Below, in pieces: positions 52,401 to 64,000 of a stretch of DNA of 64,000 bases. The notes beneath the pieces were generated by a model. The model did no database searches, was not told the DNA's origin, and worked only from the letters and a program-made list of their open reading frames with translations. Location: positions 62,001 through 126,000 of the forward strand of contig NW_026921433.1 in NCBI RefSeq assembly GCF_032062105.1. The letters run 5' to 3'. The position numbers were made by a program, and so were the translations under genes. Source of the DNA: Saccostrea cucullata (lineage: Eukaryota). Position 1 is the first letter of the stretch; every line of letters begins with the position of its first letter.

Positions 52401-55400
52401 ATATTTTTTGTTGTTCTTATGCATGTTTACTTACAAATCTGTATCAGAAACAATCCTTTGTTGATCAATGCAATATTTAGCCGTGTAAAATTCATAACAA
52501 TATACTAGCTGTCTATATATGTTCATGATTTGCTTTCACAAAATCATTTTTTCTGAGACAATATCACAGAGTTCCTATTAGTGTTTGGGAAAAGTTACAA
52601 TTTTGCTTTCACTGGGCGCAAAATGACAACAAAAATATGCCACAAGTTACATTTAATTCATGAATGAATAAATATTGTTTTTACAATAATATTTATAAAG
52701 ATAAAAAAAATTGAAAAAAAAATATACAAAGCTTGATACAAATTACTCATCTAAGGAAAAATGCAGAAACCATATGTTGCATATTGTTCACTATTGAATT
52801 AAATAATTAAGTAATAAATCAGTAGATGAAAATATCTGGATATCTTTTTAAACAAATTTTCCTTAATTTCCATTCAATTCATTGTTTGAATTTCCCTCCC
52901 TCAATCATACACCAAAAATGTGTAAAGACACTTAACTTTAATTATGAAGAATGAACTCTATTAGTAAGTCCATGAAGTGCCATTTGATAGCGGAATGCAC
53001 GGTATTTCATGAGAAAAAATTAAAAGAAAAAGTAAATGAAGCTATTTTAAATGATTTATTACTGTTTTAAAAAAATACACTAACACGGACATAAGGTTAC
53101 CTTTAGATATCAGGATTTTAAAGCTTTTTCAAAGACAAATAAAAAATAATTATCATTGTAGAAAATCAAGTACATGTACTTTAGCGATTTATAAAATGAG
53201 ATTTTATATTTTCTATAACTGTGCATTCTAGTTCATAAATGCAATAGATAATTTATATATGAAGTCATTATTTTAACGTAAACATCCTAAATTTGGAATG
53301 TGACACAAACCTAGCTATTTAAATATTTCAAATGTCAAAACAAGTTAGTTTTCAAGTAAATACATCGATACAACATATATTCACCGTTGCTTTAGCCGAT
53401 ATATTCATGTTTCTTTAAATTAATATGATGTTAATTAAAGTTTTCTAGTGAATAAAACATGCATTTCTTCACCATAGGATTAAGACCATATCATGTTTCT
53501 ATTCATATGTTATGCCAGAGTAAACAAGTGGTCATGAGATATAACAATTATTCACCATTGTTTCAGTTGATGCCTTCATTCATCTTTACATTTATATAAT
53601 ATTACATGTAGTTAATTCAAAAGCCTTTGTAAAAAAAAAAGTGAGATATAACATTTATTTCCTATTGTTTTTAGCAGAAACCTTCATTTTCCTTTACATT
53701 CATACGATATTAGTTAATTTAAAAGTTGTATCGCCTGAGTAAACATGTGAGATATAACATTTATTTACTGCACGAATTGTTTTTTTCTAAGTCGATGCCT
53801 TCATTTTTTTTTTCCGTTACATTCATACTATATCAGTTAATTCAAAAGTTGTATCATCTGAGTAAACAAGTGAGATATAACATTTATTGACCGTTGTTTT
53901 AGCCTATCCCCCCTCCAAGTCATCCAAGACCCCAGAGTCCAGCGGTGAGAAGCGACAACTAATTCTAGATTTTCTTATTAATCATTTTATTACAGAAGCA
54001 TTTTTGTAATCATGCACCGTTTTATTTTTCTTAAACATGTAAATAAATGTCTCCGTCCTTTTTGTTAACCAGATTTTTGAAAATATTTTTATACTTACAT
54101 TTAGTTTTGTATTCACACTGCTAGTAATCTAAATGTTTTGTTGATAGTTGCATATTATAATCATACCTGCTTTACGTTGGTCGCAGATGTAACTTCCCAG
54201 GAATATTACTATATAAAGCCATTACAAGTTTCCTCTTATTTTATGGTGATCTTATAATCGTAGTTAATTTTTAGTTTTCTAATCAAAATACTATGTAATC
54301 AGTAATTATCTTGGAAGCTTATTAAATAATTTTCTTTGCTCTTACTGAAAAAGAACGACACATCTTCGCTAGCCAAGGCTCTCTGATCTGAAATCTGCTC
54401 CATAATGCTGTAGAGTAGATTTCAGATCGGAGGCCCTTGGTTAGCGAACATGTCTTAAGCGAAAAGTTAAAATCTGTATTTATAACAACGTCATATTTTT
54501 TCATTAACAGAATAAAATTCTAACGATTCTTTTCGATAAACCCTTAAAAATTGTCTTCAAGAAAGTATTTGATTTAACAGTAATGATATGTAATGATAGT
54601 TAACATATTTGCTTTTAGTAATTTTTTAACTGTCTGATACTAATCCATTTACACATTAAAATATTTTTATTGTCAAAATGAGAATATAAGTAATATGTAA
54701 AAATTATCTTAACCTAGTCACAATTTATTTCTTAAATTATGTATAAAGTTTAAATAAAACAAAATTTTAAAGTAAGTTTGATTTGCTGATGGTAAAAGAA
54801 TAATGGCCTTATCAAACAGTTGAGGTTTTGAGGATTCTTTTTGACAGGAATCCATCACTTCCGCTATAGAGGAGGACAATCCAGATGACCTGGATGAACT
54901 GTTGGCGGATCCAGACGCCAACCTTAACATTCCTAACTCGGTAATGTATCTGGCGGATCCAGACGCCAACCTAAACATTTCTAACTCGGTAGTGTATCGG
55001 TTCAAGTCATCTATACCATTAAAAATTTTAAATACAATATCTAAATATATGCCCATGAATTATATCAAATTTGAGTTATAATATAGGGAAAGTACCCAAG
55101 ATATTATTATTGCACTGTCACAATATTTAAAAACAATTAATTGTTCTGGAATGATTTTTTATCCTCGCAGATGGGGTTATTTCCATTACATGTTGCAATA
55201 TTGAGAAATAACCCCGCCAGTAGGAACAATATGGTACAACGAATACTAAACAAAGGCGCCGACATAAACGTTAAAGCTATGCCTGTAAGTCTGCCTCTGA
55301 CGTTTATAATGTTTGATATATATGCCTCTAAGTATAATTGAGGATTGTTGCCATGTGAAATATATTTGTTTTAAGCTATAAAGAATATGTAGCACTGGAT

Positions 55401-57177
55401 ATAATTAAAACATGTTTGATCATTAAATGATCTCATTGAATTTGTTTTTCTTAAAATTAAGAAGGTACACAATTTAGCTATGTACTTAATTAAATACGAA
55501 AACATAAAGAAAAAAAAAACTTTTATGCTTCATGAAAAAGATTCATTTTTTGTTACTTAGAATGAAGATCATAATGAGGTATAAAGCTGAGTTTAAAATC
55601 GTCTTCTTTGCTTCAATTCCTTTATAGTTTATATAATTTATACCGCTGTCTGTCAGTAGGAAACTAACGACATGTAACACTGCATGAAATCAAAAGTTGT
55701 TTCTCGTAGTATGATTGTTTTAACTTGATGAAATTTCTGTAATGTGTATTGATGTTTCAAAAATTAGCGGGCGCAGGGCAAATCTCTGTTAAAGGTAATG
55801 TGATTGTCGTAAAAAACATATAAACCATGCACATTGTTTAACCCACAGATGATATATATTCGCCTGGGATTATAATTCACGATTTGATATGATAAACTTA
55901 ACTTTGTGGGTATGTCCTTGAAAAACAGTGCACAAACTTTACAAAATAAATCTTCATCCAATCATATGACACGAATATTTTATTGTTTCATGACATTCTG
56001 AGTACCAATGAATTAGTCACTTTTCTTTTCTTTAACTCCTCTTAACAAACTAGAAAGCGTTCGTATAATTTCATTTGTATGCAAAGTCCTTTTCTCTCTT
56101 AAAAGCTGTATCAAAATAGTTGACAAAATGCGATATAGCCTCGAAATCTTCCAAATATTCCTTACGATATACTAGCTTTTTTATTGCAATTTTTTAAATA
56201 TTTTCTTATCATTCCATTTGGAAAGAAGGAAATATTAAGATTTATCAATTAAGTAAGTACAAATCAATAAATAAATTTTGTATAATTTATCTAATTTTCA
56301 TTAAGTGATGTTTTTGGGGTGTTGTGTACTAATATGAGAACGTCCTTGCAATTAATATTCAGATGTTTTTTTCTTATATATCTATATAGAAGCTTTACAT
56401 AATATGCATGTATTTAACAATTACATCATGCACATTTAATTGTGAGTCTTTAAATGAAGATAAATATCATTTCTGGACGTTTATGATTTCCTCTACATTT
56501 TCGATTTGAATCTGTGTACATTTTAATTTTGAGTTTTATTGTACTCACGCTGTTTACAGGCTGGAAACACTCCTCTCCATATGTCAGTAGCCAGGGATCA
56601 ACTAGACACAGTCCGAATCTTATTGTCGTATAATCCAGCGATATCCCCAACTAATGATGTATGTACTGAATTTAGAAGTAAATATATAAGATGGACAATC
56701 CTGCAAATCAACCTTTATATGCAACTTCTTTTATTCGCAATTGTTGTTTTGAATTTCTCGACGACTATTAATTTTTACGTCGTAGGCAAGAATCTACAAA
56801 TAAAATACGAATTAAAGTCGCTTTACAAAAGTCTGTTATTGATACCTTTAATTTAACTGATGACCCCAAGAAATCATTTTTTTTTTAGCCTTTGAGAAAG
56901 TTGAGCAGGTTTGAAATTTAGAGTTAAAGGAGGAAAATAAACTAAAGAGTTAAAGGAGAAAAATGAACTAAACAAAGGTTTCATAACACTTCTTGAAAAA
57001 AAACTTTGAGGAAGATTAGTATTTTTTCTATCTGTTGTTTTTGTTATTAAGGAGGGTCAGACACCTTACAATTTCGCTGAAGAGAATGGTAACGCTGAAA
57101 TGATGAGGCTTCTGAAGGACCAGGAACAACGTGTACAGCGGAGTAAGGACAAATCCTCCACGTGTGTCATCTTATAA
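40451..57177 (+). CDS. Ankyrin-repeat protein with Pro-rich linker and C-terminal CaaX (CVIL), 633 aa, 18 exons
   Basis: Exons 40451-40495, 46549-46632, 47234-47455, 47621-47749, 47875-47964, 48088-48198, 48539-48658, 48918-49007, 49460-49495, 50063-50152, 50837-50944, 51129-51404, 52015-52041, 53903-53944, 54848-54940, 55171-55284, 56560-56658, 57052-57177; all GT-AG, all multiples of 3; ankyrin motifs GQKPLHIVA, DTVLHLVI, GDTALNLA, GLFPLHVA, GNTPLHMS. Exon 1 and the small linker exons are less certain. Confidence 0.82.
40755..41108 (-). mobile_element. DINE-1/HINE-like (Helentron-associated) short element in intron 1
   Basis: AAACTAGAG end, (GACG/GACA)n microsatellite, terminal hairpin TATACCCTCCCGCTTTTCAAGCGGGGGTATA. 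Confidence 0.7.
42380..46567 (+). repeat. 49-bp tandem array (about 80 copies) derived from the exon 2 splice acceptor
   Basis: Unit TACAATGTCTGATACTGTTTTATTTTACAG|AGGGAGATCTATAGAGCTT; the last unit continues into exon 2 (REIYRACREG...); degenerate at the 5' edge. Copy number estimated from length. Confidence 0.95.
51157..51401 (+). repeat. Coding 81-bp repeat x3 (27-aa Pro-rich unit)
   Basis: PRVSPNRPLRPTPSPSPEQNQNLQPEL-like units within exon 12. Confidence 0.85.
53350..53902 (+). repeat. Degenerate ~110-120-bp tandem repeat x5, each unit containing the exon 14 acceptor
   Basis: GAGATATAACATTTATT...TTGTTTTAG-like units with AG ending at 53395, 53566, 53674, 53791 and 53902. Confidence 0.75.
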
Positions 57178-58180
57178 CAGAGACAGTCTGCACCTGCGTG
57201 ACCTTCTCTGTGAGGTCACAATCGATTTCCATTAACAAATCCTTTAAGTGTAACATCTTATGACAGAGGCAATCTACACATGTGTGACCTTCTTTGTGAC
57301 GTCACAATCAATTCTTACCTCTTCGTTATTTCCACATGTGTTCTTTTAAAAACTCTTCCTATTGTGATGTACTCTTTAAGATACATGTTTCTTAAATATT
57401 TTCCTTTTTAACAGAATGAGATCTTTGGTTAGCACACCATATATGTGTTTGTATTTTACGTCTTGTTTAATATCTAAAAATCTAAATGTGTTGTTTTACA
57501 CTTATTGTTTATGGCTTTTGGCACCACCATTGTCTTGTCTAACGGTTGTACAAGTCCTGTAGAAAGGTTATTTTGTCTTTCAATTCTTCTAGTATATAAT
57601 TGAATGTATTCTTGTTAAACTATTGAAATGTCTGTGATATATTGCAATAAATTATTTTCATATTCTACATTTGGTTTTTCATCAGGAGATGACCCCTACC
57701 AGGTATATATATTTTGTGTGGTGTTGTATCTAATCACACTTTTTTACATTCTTAAGTACACTTTTTAAAATGAAAAAAAAAAAAAAACGAGACAGCAAAG
57801 TGAGCGATTTTCTTTGAGAAACATGTGCACTACCTAATATCAGGAAAGGAAAGGAAATAAATAAGGAAATAAATATCTTTTTTGTTTTCAACTTCTCTAA
57901 AGATTATTGAGGTAAGATTGTGCTTGGATTGTTTTATTTAATATCCATAAAACTGTAAATGAGTACCTATCTTTCCCTAAGTACTCTTCCTTGCTCTTAC
58001 AAGAATTGATTAAATACTCTACTGCATCGCTAATCTATATCGGAGGTTCAAATAAGCCTTTCTGATTAAATTCCATCCTACCTGTGTGCATATGTATGTT
58101 TTATCATATTTCCCAAAACTGGTTTATTTTCCAAACCTCCTGATCCATTTTAACCTTCTTTGTGTGAGCTCAAGGTATCA

Positions 58181-58316
58181 NNNNNNNNNNNNNNNNNNNN
58201 NNNNNNNNNNNNNNNNNNNNNNNNNNNNNNNNNNNNNNNNNNNNNNNNNNNNNNNNNNNNNNNNNNNNNNNNNNNNNNNNNNNNNNNNNNNNNNNNNNNN
58301 NNNNNNNNNNNNNNNN
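58181..58316. other. Assembly gap (136 N)
   Basis: Run of N. Confidence 1.
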
Positions 58317-58669
58317 GAAGGAAAAATGGCCACATATACTTATATAAAAATATGTTATAATATACATGTAAAAGCAAAGTTATTTTTGTCAATTTATTAA
58401 TATAAAAGTTTCTTTAAGACTCTTGGATAAGATTCGACGAGAATATAGTTTTGACAATACTTGCAGCACTAATCATTTATTTCTATTATGAATATAACAT
58501 CAATGTTAAAATTTATTTTTTCGAAAGAAATATTTATTTTCTGAGTTGATAGAAATCTAATATTTCAAATTAAGTGAACGTTTTATTGTTAAATTGTTTG
58601 AAAAGGTTTAAATCTTATAGCAGTATTTAATCAAAGTTATCCGACTAGAGTACATGTATGAAGTATGTA

Positions 58670-59980
58670 CGAGGGCTGTTCAATAAATTATGTCCTCAGT
58701 GCTCGGAAAGAAGCAGAAGACGCTTTTCAATTATTTAACTTAATATTCTCTTTTAATTTTAACACATGTCCGTAAATTTTTTTTATCCAATTTCTGATTG
58801 TTTTGACCCTTAGTATACTGGTAAATGGTAAATCTTATGATTTTCCGGACTCGTCTCTTCCTTCTTAAAGGTGTTTTTTGACGTTTGGAAAATGAAACAA
58901 GTCAAAAGGCGAAAGATCTGGCGAATATTGTTAATGTGAAAAAAAATTAACTTTCTGTTTATCCCAAAAACTCCTTTACTTTTCAGGGCGTGCGGGTTTG
59001 GACGATGTCATTAAAAAATTTAATGTAGTGGATTCCTGAATCTGGTTTCTTCCTCTCATTGACCTTTTGCAAAAAATTGCTTTCTAGACTCTTCCAGAAA
59101 TTATACTGCCCCCCCCCCTCCCGAATACGAGTTTGAATAACAAGACCACTTATATTTAAGAAAATTGAAAAATGCATATAAATCTGTCTTTGTGCCTAGC
59201 AATTCTTTGCTCTTCTCAGACCTTGGCTGTTTTTGTTAAGTACATCTTACTGTAATTTTTGTTTCGAGGGTTTTAAACAATAGATTCAAGTTTCATTATT
59301 TGTTTGTATTTTAAAAAAAACTTGGATAACTACAATTACTGATATTTTAAAATATTTGTTTAGATTATTCATTCACGCTGTCGTTTTCACTCATTTTTCA
59401 AAACAAAGGGTGATTTTGAATACTAAGCTTTTTTACTGTCGAACGTTTCTTTAAAACTTTGTGAACTACTACCGAAATGATGTGTATCGAATTTCTCTGT
59501 GTTTAAAGTCAATCATATAACATCAGTAATTATTTGTCTAAATTTGGCAAACAGTACATTAGTTGTTATAATTTTCGTTGGCAAGGCCGGTACCCATTTT
59601 TTATGCCCATTAAATAATTTTATCATTGAAGACAACCTGCTCATTTGCCTATAATACATACATTGGATGCCGTATATTTTACATATTTCAGTGAATATAT
59701 ATATCTTTCGTTGGAATTCTTAACGAGTTTTACAGCAGTTATAATGAAGCATTTAAGTTCACTCTAGTTTACTGATTCTTTACCATTCATTTTAAGGCAG
59801 TGTCTCGAACAGTCCTTGTTTTCCAGCTTCTCACAATAAAACTATGTGATGAAAAGTGGTCACATAAACTGTTAGAAATTCATTAAAGATTCAATAATGC
59901 GAAAAAGTCAAGATTGATGTCATATGATATCTGTATTGTATGTCATCCAGTTCAGGACATTTTTTATTGAACAGCAGTAG
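58670..59980 (-). mobile_element. Second copy of the decayed mariner, inverted relative to 7781-9121
   Basis: Starts TA|CGAGGGCTGTTCAATAAAT, ends TTTATTGAACAGCAGTAG|TA; collinear reverse-complement similarity (e.g. CTATGTGATGAAAAGTGGTCACATAAACTGTT). Confidence 0.88.
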
Positions 59981-60429
59981 TAAGTTTGTAGACAAGTAAA
60001 TAATAATAATATATGTAATGAAATAGCAGACATACTTTTGGCATTTAACACGAAGAGGTATTGATAAATATCTTTAAAAATCTTTTTTTTTTAAATTGAT
60101 CCAAATCAAGCACTTAAAATATTTAGGCAAGTTCATGCCTTTTTGTGCGACAAATTAAAAGACAGTCAAAAGTCTGCTTAACAATAATTATTAATAAACT
60201 TGAAAATCTTTGTAAAACTCAGTTATGCAGTAATCTAAAAAGCTGAAAAGAATTAGTTAAAAGTGCCGCAAAAATTGTTATAGCTTTACTACTTAGTATT
60301 ATCCTTCTTCCTGAGACAGGGTGGGAACATCTTGTCTACTTTCGTCATACTGCTATGTTCTTTCATACTAACATACTGACAAGGTCATTGTATCGACAAG
60401 AGACCTACAGAAATCATGACTTTAAACAA

Positions 60430-62450
60430 AATGGCGGGTGATGAAGGTATATTACTGCATAAGTAAGGGAAGTTGACGATAGAAAAGTTAAAGTCATCAC
60501 GTTTATCAAATAACTTGGAATTTAGATTAACATTAACGTCTCTTTCAAGTAAAATATCCAAGCATGAAACAGATGTGTCAGACTCTGTCGTATCTTTTAT
60601 CTCGAGCTCTCCTGGATATATCGTATCGACGTAGGAATGGAAATTACCATTGTTAATTGTTAATACGTCGTCGATATATCTGAAGGTCGAGTTGAAGGCC
60701 ACAGCAAGTGTTTTCTTCTTTTCACGCGTAAGATTTTGCATAAATTCTGCTTCATATGAATACAAAAATTGGTCTGCTAATAACGGAGCGCAATTGGTTC
60801 CCATGGGAATTCCAAGAGATTGTTGGAAAACCTGGTCTCCAAAAACCACGTAGATATTGTCAATGAGAAACTCAAGCATCTTCTTGATGTCAACTTCAAA
60901 GTACTTGTGTGTGCAATCAGAATCTTTTTTCACAAAATAATTTTGCAAATGACCAATGACCAGGTAAGTAAATTTACGAGTTCCATTTCTATTGAAGAAG
61001 CAGCTGTCAATGATGTCACAAAGCCTGGATTTTAATTTATCGTGGGGAATGGTTGTGTATAAAGTTGAAAAGTCGTAAGTTTTTAAGCTGTTGATTTTGG
61101 TAAAATTTTGTGATTTCAAATTGTCCAAAAGTTCTTTGGAGTTTTTTAGCATCCACATCTGATTCACAACACTTCTAGAATATATCGTTGCACAGTACTC
61201 TTGAAGTTCTTCCTACGCTACTGTCAATATCTTAGTGAGGAGTAACGAAACCGCAATGTATCTTTGTTTGTAAGGATTCTTATGAAGAATTGGAATTCAA
61301 TATATATATAAGGTAGTTCAAATTCATTTCAGCTCTATAGTATATTAAAAAGTATACAAAACTGACATATGATTTTGAAGAATTTCTTCCTTAGAAAGGG
61401 AAGTATGAGTATAAATAGGATTACCACTTGTAGAATTAAATCCAAGTTCTTCTAGAATACTTACAAACGAAGACAATGTTGTTACCTGCTTTGTCGGCAG
61501 GGACCAGTACGTAAAGATCATGTAATCTATCTAATTCCTTTTTCACTTCTGGTTTATTGAACACAGAAGGATAGATGGTTTTCATATTGCCCCTCAATCT
61601 TTTAATACGTGACTTTAACATGGATCTGATACATTTAATCCATTCTGACAAGGTGTCAACGTCTTCTTTTTCATATCTGGTCCATCGTCTGGCGTAATTT
61701 TCAACAGAATCCATAATATTAATGAAATTCTGACGCCAGTTGAAAGACCGGGGTTCCTTATATTCAGGACCTTTTAAAATAAGTGATCTAAGGTCCTTAT
61801 TGTTAACTATATTTACGTCACATGTAATAATGTGTCCAGCAGGACTATAGTTATAGGGTGAAGAAGAACATGAACACGATTGAGGATTATGTTTCAGATG
61901 CTCTGTATCCAGGCCATGTAAAGTTTTTTTTAATTGAAAAGTCGATGTGTATTTGTAGGAAATACAAGGTGTAGTCTTTAACTTGAAATATGGTGGAATA
62001 CAAGATTGGACCCTTTTGTGATTAAGAATATTACTTATATTAACCGCGTCAATTCCTTTATTGGCATAATGAAGTTTAAGGAAATGATGGACTGTTATAT
62101 ATAGCTGCATTTTCTTCCGCAAAACGTACGGGTTTAAAAAGCCTATGACATGCAATATCCATAATCACAGATCCGAGTTTATATTCTGATGCAGAGGAAT
62201 CAAAAATTGGACTTTCCTTGGCCTTTTCAAGAGGACTATTTAAAAGTTTCGAAGGGACAGAGTAAAGTTTCGTGTGAATATGATGTAGACGTAACTGTTG
62301 ATTTACATAACGTAGTAATGAATCAAAAGAGACGTCGTGTATTGCAGGTTTATTGTACGACCGATGCCCATGACTACGCTTACGTCTCTGTGTATGGTTA
62401 AAAAGTCCTATCACATTAACATTATTACACTGTGGACTGCAAATTTCAAG
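60430..62450 (-). mobile_element. Penelope-like retroelement RT region, decayed and truncated
   Basis: ORF fragments 62076-62414, 61436-62155, 60385-61167 with VPADKA, TYDFSTLYTTIPH, GIPMGTNCAP, RYIDD, DKRDDFNFSIVNFP, SNIP; frameshifted. Confidence 0.85.
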
Positions 62451-62998
62451 AACATTGTATTTTTCTCAAAGCCTGTTTTCGAATACCTGGATTCTCGAAA
62501 TAATATTTTGCTGGAAATGGATGCACTACTCGATTTTGATATATGATATTGGAAATAGGGTGTTAGTCAAATAATTGATTTAAGAACATGGCCTTTTTAA
62601 AGTAAACATAGCTCTTTGAGTATATTTTCATACTTTTACATTTTATGCACAAGTCAAGTTATATTTCAAATTTAGATTGGTTTTCTATACATTGTTGTAA
62701 GAACTGAAACTGTTCAGTAAGCATTGTCCAAATGTATCAAACAAATTTTTAAAAATAACATAGAGATCGATCTAAAAATTTCTCTAATCAAAAGAGATGT
62801 CAGGTGTGGAATCAGGTGCTTAGAAAGGGCTACCATTCCCTATTGACACGTCACGCCCGCTGTTAACCGTATGTATTATCAATAGAAGAAATATTCCATC
62901 CTCAAACTATAAGTATAAAAACAGAATCTCAGACACAACTGTTTTAAAGTGTATCTACTACATGATTGAGAAAGACAATTTTTACATTTTATTTACAG

Positions 62999-63954
62999 AT
63001 CGGACCGATAGACGAGCTAGATGAGATTTTGAGAGATCCAGAGGCCAATGTTAATGTTCAAAACTCGGTAATTCTTTCATTATTACTTCCAGAACAAAAA
63101 CTAGTAATTTGTGCATGCACAATAAATAAAATATTTGTCACAATTCTTGTGCCGTTTGGATTCCCTTCATTTTTTTAAACTGGAAGCCGTATATATATTA
63201 TTTTTCTAATTCTCAATAAATAACTAATTTTTTGTGGTATAGTTTCAATGCCTATTCCTTAACTATGAAATTACACATTCATTCACATTATAATACTACA
63301 AACTAGATACAGTAAAATTTCATAATGCATGCATGCATGTATTTAATTTGCTATTTCTAGAGTGGCTTGTTTCCCCTTCACATGGCAATCATGAAGGACG
63401 ATCCATTAATTCGGGAGACGCTTGTAAAACGTCTGATTAGTCGAGGTGCTGATATCAACGCCAGAGCCATTCCAGTAAGAAAATGGAAGAGTGAAGCAAA
63501 ATAATCTTTAAGAATCATATTAAGGAAACATGTGAATTTAAATTGTCTATGGATTTTTCAACGTAATTTATACCTCAGAAATATACTTTTAGGCAAATAA
63601 AGTAAATTTTCTAGGGATCATGCATATGTGTGGCAAGAAGTCTATCCAATCAAAATGCCTGATAAGTTTAATTCTTAGATTTTTTTTTTGAAGATTTAAA
63701 AAATATTGTTCATTTCAGAGAATGCAAGGAAAGCTTCTGCTCAAGGTACGTTTGGTCAAAAGGTTTTGCTTTAAACTTAAGGACGGACTTTTATTTTCGA
63801 TGATAGAGTGATATAACCTGTATGTATACATCAATATCAACACTATTTCTTACAGGCAGGAAATACTCCTTTACATATGGCATCTATACGAAAACAACAT
63901 AAAATCGCAAAGATCCTGCTAAACCATAAAGCCGAACGGCGGCCTCAAAACGAT
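62999..63954 (+). CDS. Paralogous ankyrin C-terminal module (partial, continues beyond window)
   Basis: Exons 62999-63067, 63361-63474, 63856-63954 match exons 15-17 of the upstream gene in sequence (DELDEILRDPEANVNVQNS; GLFPLHMAI; AGNTPLHMA), in phase, and for the last two in length (114 and 99 nt). Confidence 0.85.
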
Positions 63955-64000
63955 GTAAGTATAAGATTTTACTGCGCGTCTAAGAGAAAGAAAACTGGAT

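Noticed and set aside
57686-57911. Tiny candidate exons (57686-57702; donor at 57912) as the start of the second ankyrin module
   Set aside because: Too short, with no homology support.
58086-58400. ORFs spanning the N run
   Set aside because: Artefacts of the assembly gap.

Overview
AT-rich eukaryotic genomic DNA. The repeat families resemble those of ostreid oysters, but this is inferred, not proven. It holds five host coding loci: an intronless rhodopsin-class GPCR (with a 5' fragment duplicated 2.2 kb upstream); two tandem paralogous 3-exon genes encoding an unrecognised protein (acidic Cys/Asp-rich metallothionein-like N-terminus, CxWCICFL segment, PPSY motif); an 18-exon ankyrin-repeat gene with all phase-0 introns ending in a CaaX box (CVIL); and a paralogous copy of its C-terminal ankyrin exons running off the window end. 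Transposons include a decayed Gmr1-type Gypsy element split by a mariner, a second copy of that mariner, a nearly intact APE-RT LINE with a LADD motif, Penelope-like remnants, a Tc1 remnant, Helentron-type elements, an IS3EU-like foldback element and several MITEs. The most striking structure is a ~4 kb array of about 80 copies of a 49-bp unit that is the branch point, polypyrimidine tract, AG and first 19 nt of exon 2 of the ankyrin gene. Only the last copy gives an open reading frame. Three smaller splice-junction duplications occur elsewhere in the window. All gene models were built by eye from GT-AG boundaries and reading-frame continuity, without transcript evidence.
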